A stretch of DNA of 64,000 bases. It comes from an uncultured Oscillospiraceae bacterium. GTDB taxonomy: Bacteria > Bacillota > Clostridia > Oscillospirales > Oscillospiraceae. The DNA lies in NCBI GenBank assembly GCA_964485265.1, contig CAZAIU010000006.1, positions 6,884-70,883 of the forward strand, written 5' to 3'. Shown piece by piece: positions 49,504-58,338 of this stretch (position 1 is its first letter; every line of letters begins with the position of its first letter). The translations under genes were made by a program, and so were the position numbers. The notes beneath the pieces were generated by a model, which made no database searches, was not told where the DNA came from, and was given only the letters and a program-made list of their open reading frames with translations.

Positions 49504-50109
49504 ATGAAACAGCACTTTAAAATTTGGGAAATATCACTTTTATTTGCAATTTGCATGACTTTATGCGTAGGTCTTTGGGCAGGTGCGCAGCAGCGGCAGC
49601 TTGCCGGAGAGCTGGTGCGTCTGCATGTTATAGCCCAGTCTGACAGCGAGGATGACCAGCACCTGAAGCTAAAGGTTAGAGATGCGGTTTTAGCCTCACT
49701 TGGACCCTCTCTTGAAAAAGCCGACAATCTTGAGGACGCTAAACGAATAATTAACGAGCAGCTTCAAACCCTATGTGATATCGCTGACTACACAGCGGTA
49801 TCCGAAGGCAAAAACTACACTGCCTCGGCAAGCCTTTGCAACGAGAACTACCCAACACGGGAATATGACGGCTTTGCTCTGCCGGCAGGCGACTATCTTT
49901 CTTTAAAAATAATCCTGGGCGAGGGCAGAGGCCGCAACTGGTGGTGCGTTGTATTTCCGCCACTTTGTATGACCGCAGCCAGTGATGAAGACGCAATGGA
50001 AGTGCTTTCCGAGGACTCCAGAGAGCTGATATCAAAGCAGGATGATGAGTACAGACTAAAATTCCATATTGTAGAAATTTTTGAGCGTTTCAGGTCCTCT
50101 CTTGCTTGA
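49504..50109 (+). CDS. spoIIR: Stage II sporulation protein R
   Basis: LVRLHVIAQSDSEDDQHLKLKVRDAVL...RNWWCVVFPPLC are hallmark SpoIIR motifs. The start was moved to the ATG at 49504. Confidence 0.8.
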   Translation: MKQHFKIWEISLLFAICMTLCVGLWAGAQQRQLAGELVRLHVIAQSDSEDDQHLKLKVRDAVLASLGPSLEKADNLEDAKRIINEQLQTLCDIADYTAVSEGKNYTASASLCNENYPTREYDGFALPAGDYLSLKIILGEGRGRNWWCVVFPPLCMTAASDEDAMEVLSEDSRELISKQDDEYRLKFHIVEIFERFRSSLA

Positions 50110-50146
50110 CAAAAGTTCCAAACAGTGGTAACATTACGCTAATTCT

Positions 50147-50237
50147 CCGTGAGGGAGTAGTCAGCGCACCTATGCGTTACAAGTCAACACCCTGGCAGTT
50201 TGTCTGCCTGGCTTGCATTAAATGACCAGACTCATGG
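50147..50237 (+). promoter_or_regulatory. yybP-ykoY (Mn2+) riboswitch aptamer
   Basis: The P1 5' strand CCGTGAG is followed directly by the conserved GGAGTAG. The 3' side reads ...CTTGCATTAAATGACCAGA followed by the P1 3' strand CTCATGG. This is the same arrangement I remember for the family core (GGAGUAG after P1, AGA before the closing P1 strand). It sits in the 5' leader of a P-type ATPase gene. Confidence 0.8.
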
Positions 50238-50268
50238 ATAGGCGTTGCCTGTCCATGGGTCTTTTTGT
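50233..50268 (+). terminator. Riboswitch expression-platform terminator
   Basis: CATGGATAGGC-GTT-GCCTGTCCATG followed by GGTCTTTTTGTT. The 5' arm shares 50233-50237 with the P1 3' strand, so P1 and the terminator are mutually exclusive. Confidence 0.8.
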
Positions 50269-50347
50269 TGCAGCGCTTATCTTTAGGTTTTTCTCCTGCG
50301 TGCAAGCCTAATTAGTCGTTATTGAAAAAGAATATGGAGGAGTAGCA

Positions 50348-53008
50348 ATGAAACACTACTGCAGTGACATTTCAGACGTTTTAAAAGAAACAAAAAGCTC
50401 GTCTGAAGGTCTCAGCTCTCAGGAAGCTGCAAGGCGTCTTGAGGAAAACGGCAAAAACAAGCTTGCCGAAGGCAAAAAGGACTCACTGATCAAGCGCTTT
50501 TTTAAGCAGATGGCAGACCCGATGATAATCATCCTTATCGTCGCCGCTCTCATCTCCGCACTTACTACAATCTATTCCAACTCCACCGGCGGTGAGGGTG
50601 AAGGCTTTGCAGACGTTTTCATCATCCTTTTTGTTGTGGTTGTAAACGCGATTTTGGGCGTTTATCAGGAAAACAAGGCGGAAAAAGCCCTTGAAGCTCT
50701 GCAAGAAATGGCATCAGCGACCAGTAAGGTGCTTCGTGACGGAAAAATCTCTATTGTAAAATCAGAAGACCTTGTTGTGGGCGACGTTATTGTGCTTGAA
50801 GCAGGCGACGCAGTTCCTGCCGACGGCCGCATAATTGAGTCAAACAGCATGAAAATTGAGGAGGCGGCGCTGACAGGTGAAAGCGTCCCGGTTGATAAAT
50901 TTATCGACATTCTCTATCTGAGGGACAGCAGCGACGTTCCCCTCGGTGATCGCAAGAACATGGTTTACATGGGCAGCACCGTTGTTTACGGACGCGGTCT
51001 TGCAGTTATAACAGCTACCGCCATGGACACTGAAATGGGTAAAATAGCCAACGCTCTTGAAAATGCGGAAGAGGGTCTTACCCCCCTGCAAATCAAGCTT
51101 GCCCAGCTTTCAAAAATCCTTACATGGCTCGTTCTCGGTATATGCGCTGTAATCTTTGCCATTGGCCTTATCCGCGCCGGAAGCTTCTCAGCCGATGTCA
51201 TCCTAAGCAGCTTCATGATAGCCGTTTCCCTTGCAGTTGCCGCCATTCCCGAGGGTCTGGTTGCGGTGGTTACCATTGTTTTGTCAATCGGCGTTACCAA
51301 CATGAGCAAGAAAAACGCCATTATCCGAAAGCTCACAGCAGTTGAAACCCTTGGCTGTGCACAGATTATCTGTTCAGACAAAACAGGAACGCTTACCCAA
51401 AACAAAATGACTGTTGTTGAAAACTACGGTGAAAACAAGGAGCTTCTAGCCGTTGCAATGGCTCAATGCTGTGATGCGGAGCTAAACGACGACGGCACCG
51501 TAACTGGTGAGCCAACGGAAAACGCTCTGGTCTACTGGGCAAATTCCTTGGGTATTCCCAAGGGAGAGCTTAAGGCAAAGTCTCCACGCATCGGCGAGGC
51601 ACCCTTTGACAGCGTTCGTAAAATGATGAGTACAATACACAAAACTGAGCTTGGAATTGTTCAGTACACAAAGGGCGCACCCGACGAAGTGCTTCGCGTT
51701 TGCACCTGCTATCTCAAGGACGGCAAGGCAACTATCCTCACAGACGAGGTTCGCGCCCAAATACTTGCCGCAAACAAAGCAATGGCAGACAAGGCTTTGC
51801 GCGTTCTCTGCGCCGCTCAGAAGGTATATGCCGAGGCTCCCGCAAGCAATGACCCCAAGGATTTGGAATATGACCTGTGCTTTATCGGTCTTGTGGGCAT
51901 GATTGACCCCGTTCGTCCCGAAGTAAAGGACGCTATAGAGGAATGCCGCTCAGCAGGTATTCGCCCCATTATGATAACCGGTGACCATATAGACACAGCC
52001 TCCGCTATTGCAAGAGAGCTTGGCATACTCACAGGGAACGACGTTGCCATAACAGGCTCACAGATTTCTGAAATGAGCGATGAGGAATTTGAACGCCGCT
52101 TCCGCGACATTTCCGTCTATGCAAGAGTTCAGCCCGAGCACAAGGTGCGCATTGTCAACGCATGGCGCGGAGCAGGCTACATCACCGCCATGACCGGCGA
52201 CGGCGTTAACGATGCTCCCTCAATCAAGTCTGCCGACATCGGAGTCGGCATGGGCATAACAGGTACAGATGTTACCAAAAACGTTGCCGATATGGTACTT
52301 GCTGACGACAACTTTGCAACCATAGTCGGAGCCGTTGAGGAAGGCAGAAGGATTTACGACAACATCCGCAAGGCGATACAGTTCCTTCTCAGCTCAAACA
52401 TGAGTGAGGTTATGAGTATTTTCTTTGCAACTCTTTTCGGCTTTGTCATACTTGAGCCTGTTCATCTGCTCTGGATTAACCTTGTAACTGACTGCTTCCC
52501 CGCTCTCGCACTCGGTCTTGAAGACGCAGAGCCCAACGTTATGCGCCGCAAGCCCCGCAGCTCATCAGACGGCGTTTTTGCCGGCGGAGTAGGCGTTGAT
52601 GTTGCCTATCAGGGCTTTATCGTAACTGTTCTCACTCTCTCAGCTTACTTTATTGGTCACTTCATGGAAGCTGGTATTTGGGAAATTGCTAACAGTCCCG
52701 ATGGCATGACCATGGCGTTCCTCACCATGTCCATGGCTGAAATCTTCCACAGTTTCAATATGCGTTCACAGCGTGGTAGCCTCTTCTCTCTCAAGACCCA
52801 AAACAAGGCTCTCTGGTTTGCCGGAATTGCAAGTCTTGTTCTGACCACCGCTGTGCTGTATGTTCCTTTCCTGTCCAACGCCTTCGGCTTCGAGCACATC
52901 AGCCTCGCCGAGTACGGTGTTGCTCTGGCTCTAGCTGTATGTATCATCCCTATTGTAGAGCTTGTAAAGCTCTGCCAGCGCAGCTTTGCAAAAAGAAAAA
53001 ACATCTGA
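50348..53008 (+). CDS. P-type ATPase, type IIA (Ca2+/Mn2+-transporting) family
   Basis: 886 aa with the phosphorylation motif CSDKTGTLT, TGES, MITGD and GDGVNDAP, and 10 TM-type segments. Confidence 0.9.
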   Translation: MKHYCSDISDVLKETKSSSEGLSSQEAARRLEENGKNKLAEGKKDSLIKRFFKQMADPMIIILIVAALISALTTIYSNSTGGEGEGFADVFIILFVVVVNAILGVYQENKAEKALEALQEMASATSKVLRDGKISIVKSEDLVVGDVIVLEAGDAVPADGRIIESNSMKIEEAALTGESVPVDKFIDILYLRDSSDVPLGDRKNMVYMGSTVVYGRGLAVITATAMDTEMGKIANALENAEEGLTPLQIKLAQLSKILTWLVLGICAVIFAIGLIRAGSFSADVILSSFMIAVSLAVAAIPEGLVAVVTIVLSIGVTNMSKKNAIIRKLTAVETLGCAQIICSDKTGTLTQNKMTVVENYGENKELLAVAMAQCCDAELNDDGTVTGEPTENALVYWANSLGIPKGELKAKSPRIGEAPFDSVRKMMSTIHKTELGIVQYTKGAPDEVLRVCTCYLKDGKATILTDEVRAQILAANKAMADKALRVLCAAQKVYAEAPASNDPKDLEYDLCFIGLVGMIDPVRPEVKDAIEECRSAGIRPIMITGDHIDTASAIARELGILTGNDVAITGSQISEMSDEEFERRFRDISVYARVQPEHKVRIVNAWRGAGYITAMTGDGVNDAPSIKSADIGVGMGITGTDVTKNVADMVLADDNFATIVGAVEEGRRIYDNIRKAIQFLLSSNMSEVMSIFFATLFGFVILEPVHLLWINLVTDCFPALALGLEDAEPNVMRRKPRSSSDGVFAGGVGVDVAYQGFIVTVLTLSAYFIGHFMEAGIWEIANSPDGMTMAFLTMSMAEIFHSFNMRSQRGSLFSLKTQNKALWFAGIASLVLTTAVLYVPFLSNAFGFEHISLAEYGVALALAVCIIPIVELVKLCQRSFAKRKNI

Positions 53009-53020
53009 ATTATAAATCTA

Positions 53021-53053
53021 TCCCGCCCACCAATTTGGTGAGCGGGATTTTTT
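53021..53053 (+). terminator. Intrinsic terminator after the P-type ATPase gene
   Basis: TCCCGC-CCACCAATTTGGTGA-GCGGGA followed by TTTTTT. Confidence 0.75.
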
Positions 53054-53076
53054 AATTCTCTGACGTCCGTCAACTC

Positions 53077-53105
53077 TTGACAACCATATCATGGCGTGAT
53101 ATACT
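53077..53105 (+). promoter_or_regulatory. Sigma-A-type promoter of the padR operon
   Basis: TTGACA (53077-53082), a 17-nt spacer, then TATACT (53100-53105). Confidence 0.55.
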
Positions 53106-53112
53106 TGTCAAC

Positions 53113-53129
53113 ATATCACAGTGTGATAT
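53113..53129 (+). promoter_or_regulatory. Perfect 8-bp inverted repeat, candidate PadR operator
   Basis: ATATCACA-G-TGTGATAT lies just downstream of the -10 element. Further GTGATAT copies occur at 53096 and 53138. Confidence 0.5.
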
Positions 53130-53167
53130 ATCTTGTTGTGATATGCTCAAATTAAGGAGAGTTAAGC

Positions 53168-53485
53168 ATGACGGCAGAACAGCTAGAAAAACGATTTATA
53201 CCAATGAGCGAGACAATGTTCTATATTTTATCCTCCCTATCAGAGGAGCGCCACGGCTACGGTATCATGCAGCACGTTGATCGGCTTACAAACGGCCGTA
53301 TCATACTTGGCGCGGGTACGGTTTACCAGACACTTTCAAAGCTTGAAAAGGAAGGCTTAATTGTGGTAACAAGTGAAACCGAGCGCAAAAAGCTCTACAT
53401 TATCACCACCATCGGTAAGGAAATTTTGACAATAGAAGCAAGCAGAATTTGTGAGCTATATAAGGTTGCAAAGGAGTTGATATAA
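53168..53485 (+). CDS. PadR-family transcriptional regulator
   Basis: 105 aa (...YILSSLSEERHGYGIMQHV...GTVYQTLSKLEKEGLI...). Confidence 0.85.
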   Translation: MTAEQLEKRFIPMSETMFYILSSLSEERHGYGIMQHVDRLTNGRIILGAGTVYQTLSKLEKEGLIVVTSETERKKLYIITTIGKEILTIEASRICELYKVAKELI

Positions 53486-54018
53486 TGAAAAAGGCAGTGT
53501 GGTTTTCAGTTTTTCTCAGGGTTGTCCCTGCAGATTATGAGGCTTGGCTGGAAAGTCTCGCAGCCGAGGGCTGGAATTTGGGGCGGGTCGGTCAATTCAG
53601 CTCAGTACGCATGATATTTCACAAAACAGAGCCTAAAAAATACCGTTATGTGTTTGACTTGAACGCATTTTCAAACAAGGATTATATCTCCACCTATGAG
53701 CAATTTGGCTGGGTGCTTGTTGGAAAAATGGCGAGCTGCTTTCTCTGGCGCAAGGAATACACCGATTTGCGTCCCGAATCCTTTTCCGATACAGACAGTA
53801 TAAAAAAGCGCAATATACGTGTAAAGAACGCCGTTTCAGTCTCACTTGTGCTTTGCATGATAGCAACACTTCTGATTTTGATAGGTCTGGGCGTTTGCAT
53901 AGCTGCAAAACAATGGGATAAGGTTTTGGGGCTTGCTCTGGAAAGCGCTTTCTTTGGTTTATTTGCTTTTTATCTTTTTTGGGTTGTACGGCAGATAAAA
54001 AACAATCTTACACGTTAA
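53485..54018 (+). CDS. DUF2812-like membrane protein, the usual PadR partner
   Basis: 177 aa with a TAATG overlap with padR. It has two C-terminal TM segments and an N-terminal ...YEAWLESLAAEGWNL... motif that I associate with DUF2812. Confidence 0.6.
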   Translation: MKKAVWFSVFLRVVPADYEAWLESLAAEGWNLGRVGQFSSVRMIFHKTEPKKYRYVFDLNAFSNKDYISTYEQFGWVLVGKMASCFLWRKEYTDLRPESFSDTDSIKKRNIRVKNAVSVSLVLCMIATLLILIGLGVCIAAKQWDKVLGLALESAFFGLFAFYLFWVVRQIKNNLTR

Positions 54019-54026
54019 ATCAGAAC

Positions 54027-54070
54027 AAAAACAGCGCCGCACCCTGTATGGGTACGGCGCTGAAATATTT
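54027..54070. terminator. Bidirectional terminator-like hairpin
   Basis: AAAAACAGCGCCGCACCC-TGTAT-GGGTACGGCGCTG followed by AAATATTTT. Confidence 0.6.
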
Positions 54071-54084
54071 TATAGATTTGACGC

Positions 54085-54543
54085 TTATTTCATTGCAGTT
54101 TCTGCTTTTGAAGCGTCTGCTGACACAACATAGAAAACATAAACTCCGTCGCTTTTAACAATTGCATCATCAAGCTTCGGCATTTCAGCAGGAGCATAAG
54201 ACTCGTATGCCAAACGCTGTGACTTAACTCTCTCTTGAGCTGCTGTCTTTACCTTTGATGCCGTATTCTCATCTGTGCACTTAAATAGTCCTATTTCCTC
54301 AGTTGTAGCTCCGGTAGAACAAAGCACCACACATTTTTCCACGTCGCCCTTTTCAAAGCCATAAAGCGTGGAAGCAAGCTCATCGTCAACAGGGCTAAGC
54401 AAATCAGAAAAAGCACCGCTGTTCTGAAGCTTTGCAGAAAGGTCGTCCAAATCATATTGTTTTGCCTCAGAAGAAGGTGCGCATCCCGATACCAGCACTG
54501 CAATTAGGCACACAGCAAGCAGTATGGTGATTGTCTTTTTCAT
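54085..54543 (-). CDS. Lipoprotein, DUF4358-like
   Basis: MKKTITILLAVCLIAVLVSGC contains a lipobox. The start was moved to the ATG at 54543. Confidence 0.6.
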   Translation of the reverse strand: MKKTITILLAVCLIAVLVSGCAPSSEAKQYDLDDLSAKLQNSGAFSDLLSPVDDELASTLYGFEKGDVEKCVVLCSTGATTEEIGLFKCTDENTASKVKTAAQERVKSQRLAYESYAPAEMPKLDDAIVKSDGVYVFYVVSADASKAETAMK

Positions 54544-54559
54544 GTTCAATTCCCCTTAT

Positions 54560-55393
54560 TTATACATAGTGTGTTTTTACATAGTCAAGCCATTGCTTAT
54601 ACACGTCTGCGGAGAAGTGAACACCGTCTGTTGTGACGTTTGAGGGAAGAAATCCGTCGTCACCGGCAAGCGCCTCAACAAGGTCAAGGTAGTAGCAGCC
54701 CTTTTCAGCAGCAAGGTCATGCAGCGCCGTGTTATAGCTTGTAATTCTGGTCATGTTGAATGTATCACTGCTGGAGGATTTTGCGGAACTCACCGGTGTG
54801 AGTCCCATGATGTATATGTCGCAGTCGGGTTGACCCGCAATAATCGTGTCAAGCATCTTCCCGTAAAGATCAACGAATGTGGATACATCATACCCAATTT
54901 CATTTATTCCTAAAAGGATGTATATTTTTTCGTAGGGCTTCTGCGTTAAACCGTCAACTAGTGTGCCGGCGTTGCCGTTGTCAAGGGTGATGCAGGCATT
55001 GCTGTCCGCCCCCACAACAGTCATACTGGTAGCTGCATAATAGTCACAGGTCGTAAGACCAGAAAAAAGGCGGAAACCGTCCATAAGAGAATTTCCCATA
55101 AAAGCAGCGTCGGAGAAGAATTCATCATCCACAGCCTCACGTTCGGGAACATCGGGTCCGGCCTTCTCTGATGTAGGAGTGGTTTCGGGAGATGGCTCAG
55201 GTGCTTGACTCTGGTTTCCTGTTATGTCAGGAGGAGCAACAACAGAGTTTGGATCCTGGGTCTCAGTTTCCTGAGGCTGGGTTTCAGCGGGCTTTGAATT
55301 CTTATTGCAGGAGGACAAAATGACTAAAGATGACAGAAGAAGGGCAAAAAAAAGAACCCTTAACGCTCTTGATTTTATATTTGATAAGGTCAT
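54560..55393 (-). CDS. SGNH/GDSL-type hydrolase lipoprotein with a Pro/Thr/Glu-rich linker
   Basis: The probable start is the ATG at 55393 (MTLSNIKSRALRVLFFALLLSSLVILSSC, a lipobox). Block I reads FMGNSLMDG and block V reads DGVHF. The ORF-track start is a TTG with no Shine-Dalgarno sequence. Confidence 0.65.
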   Translation of the reverse strand: MTLSNIKSRALRVLFFALLLSSLVILSSCNKNSKPAETQPQETETQDPNSVVAPPDITGNQSQAPEPSPETTPTSEKAGPDVPEREAVDDEFFSDAAFMGNSLMDGFRLFSGLTTCDYYAATSMTVVGADSNACITLDNGNAGTLVDGLTQKPYEKIYILLGINEIGYDVSTFVDLYGKMLDTIIAGQPDCDIYIMGLTPVSSAKSSSSDTFNMTRITSYNTALHDLAAEKGCYYLDLVEALAGDDGFLPSNVTTDGVHFSADVYKQWLDYVKTHYV

Positions 55394-55737
55394 AGCAGGC
55401 CTATGCTCCTTTGCGATTAAAAGTATTATGTCTACCGAAAAACTTAACGGTATTATTATTATAGATAATAGCAACGTAATATGCAAGCACTATTTTTACA
55501 ATAATCGTACATTTTCGACAAGGTTTTTTAGGTTAGTTTTTTCGCATCATCGCAATCAAAGCAGGGTGTTAAACCGATAAAAATGTCATTTGATTTAAAT
55601 TACTGGGAGCAATAGGAAATATTTGACCGAACCAGCGTATTGTGATACAATTATTCGAATTGTTGGGTATTATATTTTATAGCTGGTTCAACAATTCACA
55701 ATGAGTTTTATTTAAACATTAACAAGAGGTCAATACT

Positions 55738-56598
55738 ATGTGGGTATCCGATAAATGGACAGATTACGAGCTGATAGACTGCTCTAACGGACAAAAGCTT
55801 GAGCGGTGGGGCAAGCAGATACTTGTGCGTCCCGATCCTCAGGCAATCTGGAAAACAGAGCGCCGCAGCCGCGGCTGGCGGACTCCATCCGCCAAGTACA
55901 GCCGAAGCGAAACCGGAGGCGGTCACTGGGAAAAATCCGATGTTCCCGAAAGCTGGCAGGTGAATTACGGCGAGCTGACCTTCAATGTTAAGCCCATGAA
56001 CTTCAAGCATACCGGAATTTTTCCGGAGCAGGCAAGCAACTGGGATTTTGCAATGGAAAAAATCCGTTCGGCCGGCCGCCCCATCAGTGTACTCAACCTT
56101 TTTGCCTACACAGGCGGTGCAAGCGTGGCATGCGCCAAGGCAGGAGCCTCTGTGTGCCATGTGGACGCGGCAAAGGGCATGGTAAGCTGGGCAAAGGACA
56201 ACGCCAAGGTCTCCGGTCTGGAAAATGCTCCTATACGCTGGATTGTTGATGACTGCGCGAAATTCGTTGAACGAGAAATTCGCCGCGGCAAGCGCTACGA
56301 TGTCCTTATAATGGACCCCCCGTCCTATGGGCGCGGTCCCGGCGGCGAGGTATGGAAGCTTGAAGAAAACCTTTGGGACTTTGTTTCCCTATGCAGCGGT
56401 GTTTTATCCGACACCCCGCTGTTTGTCATTATCAACTCATACACCACAGGGCTATCCCCCTCAGTTTTGACATACATTTCCGAGTCTGTCTTAACGAAAA
56501 AATACGGCGGTCGCAGCGAAAGTCAGGAGCTTGGACTGCCCGTTTCCGAAAGCGGATTGTTTCTGCCCTGCGGCGCTGCATGCCGTTGGCAGGCATAA
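55738..56598 (+). CDS. Class I SAM-dependent methyltransferase (RlmI/RlmK-related type)
   Basis: 286 aa (...VLNLFAYTGGASVACA...LIMDPPSYGRG...). Confidence 0.7.
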   Translation: MWVSDKWTDYELIDCSNGQKLERWGKQILVRPDPQAIWKTERRSRGWRTPSAKYSRSETGGGHWEKSDVPESWQVNYGELTFNVKPMNFKHTGIFPEQASNWDFAMEKIRSAGRPISVLNLFAYTGGASVACAKAGASVCHVDAAKGMVSWAKDNAKVSGLENAPIRWIVDDCAKFVEREIRRGKRYDVLIMDPPSYGRGPGGEVWKLEENLWDFVSLCSGVLSDTPLFVIINSYTTGLSPSVLTYISESVLTKKYGGRSESQELGLPVSESGLFLPCGAACRWQA

Positions 56599-56617
56599 TT
56601 GAATAGGTAATGAAAAT

Positions 56618-57463
56618 ATGAAGCCAATAATTCAAGTTAGGGATTTAACCTTCAAATACCCGGGCGAGGAATCCGAACCGCCGGTTCTAAACGATTTGTC
56701 GCTTGATATAGAAGAGGGTAGCTTTACCGTCATTTTGGGTCACAACGGCTCCGGCAAGTCCACCCTTGCAAAGCATCTAAACGGCATACTTGTACCCACC
56801 GCAGGCAATGTGACAGTTGACGGCATGGATACATGCGATGAGGAAAGGCTTTTGGACATTCGCAGAACCGTGGGCATGGTTTTTCAAAACCCAGATAACC
56901 AGCTTGTTTCCTCTGTTGTGGAGGAGGACGTAGCCTTTGCTCCCGAAAATCTGGGCATACCCTCAAACGAAATTCGCCGACGCGTGGACGAAGCTTTAAA
57001 GCTTGTGGACATGTATGATTACAGGCTGCACTCTCCCCACCTTTTATCCGGCGGGCAAAAGCAGCGTGTAGCCATCGCGGGAGTTATTGCAATGCGTCCC
57101 CGTTGCATTGTTTTGGACGAACCTACCGCTATGCTTGACCCCGTAGGACGGCACGAGGTTATCGAAACCATAAAAAGGCTTTGCCGCATAAATGGGATAA
57201 CCGTAGTTTTAATAACCCACCATATGTATGAGGCAGTAGATGCCGACAGAGTTTTTGTTATATCTAAAGGCTCGCTTTTTTCACAGGGGACACCGTCTGA
57301 GGTGTTTTCTAGCGTTGAAGCTCTCAAGTCCGAGGGACTTACCGTGCCGGATACAACAGAGCTGATTTATGAGCTTAATCAATCGGGAATGCAGCTTCCG
57401 ACAGGTGCTGTTTCCGTTAAAGACTGCGCCGCAGCCATTGTCAATGAACTAAATAATCCGTAA
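56618..57463 (+). CDS. ecfA1: Energy-coupling factor transporter ATPase EcfA1
   Basis: Walker A (GHNGSGKST), signature LSGGQKQR and Walker B (IVLDEPT). It sits in the ecfA-ecfA'-ecfT-truA arrangement. Confidence 0.9.
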   Translation: MKPIIQVRDLTFKYPGEESEPPVLNDLSLDIEEGSFTVILGHNGSGKSTLAKHLNGILVPTAGNVTVDGMDTCDEERLLDIRRTVGMVFQNPDNQLVSSVVEEDVAFAPENLGIPSNEIRRRVDEALKLVDMYDYRLHSPHLLSGGQKQRVAIAGVIAMRPRCIVLDEPTAMLDPVGRHEVIETIKRLCRINGITVVLITHHMYEAVDADRVFVISKGSLFSQGTPSEVFSSVEALKSEGLTVPDTTELIYELNQSGMQLPTGAVSVKDCAAAIVNELNNP

Positions 57464-57474
57464 AGGAAGTCATC

Positions 57475-58338
57475 ATGCCAACCATACGAACCGAGGCTCT
57501 CACCCATATTTACAGCAAGGGCACGCCCTTTAAGAGTATTGCTGTAAAGGATATAAATATTGAAATACCACAGGGTCAGTTTGTGGGACTTATCGGTCAC
57601 ACAGGCTCCGGTAAGTCCACCTTTATTCAGCACCTTAACGGGCTTTTGCAGCCTACTGACGGCAGAGTGCTTTTCGACGGCGTGGACATCAACAGTTCAA
57701 AAACACTGCGCCGCGACGCTCGCTTTCAGGTGGGTCTGGTGTTCCAATATCCGGAATATCAGCTTTTTGAAGAAACCGTATACCGAGACATAGCGTTTGG
57801 CCCTCGCAACATGAAGCTTCAAAAGTCTCAAGTAGACGAGCGCGTGCGTGAGGCAGCAGGCTTTGTGGGAATAAGTGACGAGCTGTTTACAAAATCTCCC
57901 CTTGAGCTTTCCGGCGGTCAAAAGCGCCGAGTGGCAATTGCCGGAGTTATTGCCATGCGCCCTCAGGTGCTCATTTTGGACGAGCCAACTGCGGGACTTG
58001 ATCCCGAGGGCTGCCAAAGCATTTTAAAAAACATTTGCGACTACCACCGCGCAACTGGTGCAACCATCATCCTTGTTTCCCACAGCATGGAGGATGTTGC
58101 CCGCATAGCAGAGCGGCTTATTGTTTTTGACAAGGGACAAATCACAATGGACGGTGCTCCGAAGGATGTATTCTGCCGTGCTGACGAGCTTACTTCAATA
58201 GGCTTGGGTGTGCCTCTGGTAACACAGGTTGCCTCTGAGCTTTCCGCTCTTGGCGTAAGCCTGCCTCAAGGCTGCTACACTGTGGAGCAGCTCCGAGATG
58301 CCGTTTTGTCGCTGAAAGGGGGAAGTGCTCAGTGCTGA
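57475..58338 (+). CDS. ecfA2: Energy-coupling factor transporter ATPase EcfA2
   Basis: Walker A (GHTGSGKST), signature LSGGQKRR and Walker B (LILDEPT). Confidence 0.9.
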   Translation: MPTIRTEALTHIYSKGTPFKSIAVKDINIEIPQGQFVGLIGHTGSGKSTFIQHLNGLLQPTDGRVLFDGVDINSSKTLRRDARFQVGLVFQYPEYQLFEETVYRDIAFGPRNMKLQKSQVDERVREAAGFVGISDELFTKSPLELSGGQKRRVAIAGVIAMRPQVLILDEPTAGLDPEGCQSILKNICDYHRATGATIILVSHSMEDVARIAERLIVFDKGQITMDGAPKDVFCRADELTSIGLGVPLVTQVASELSALGVSLPQGCYTVEQLRDAVLSLKGGSAQC

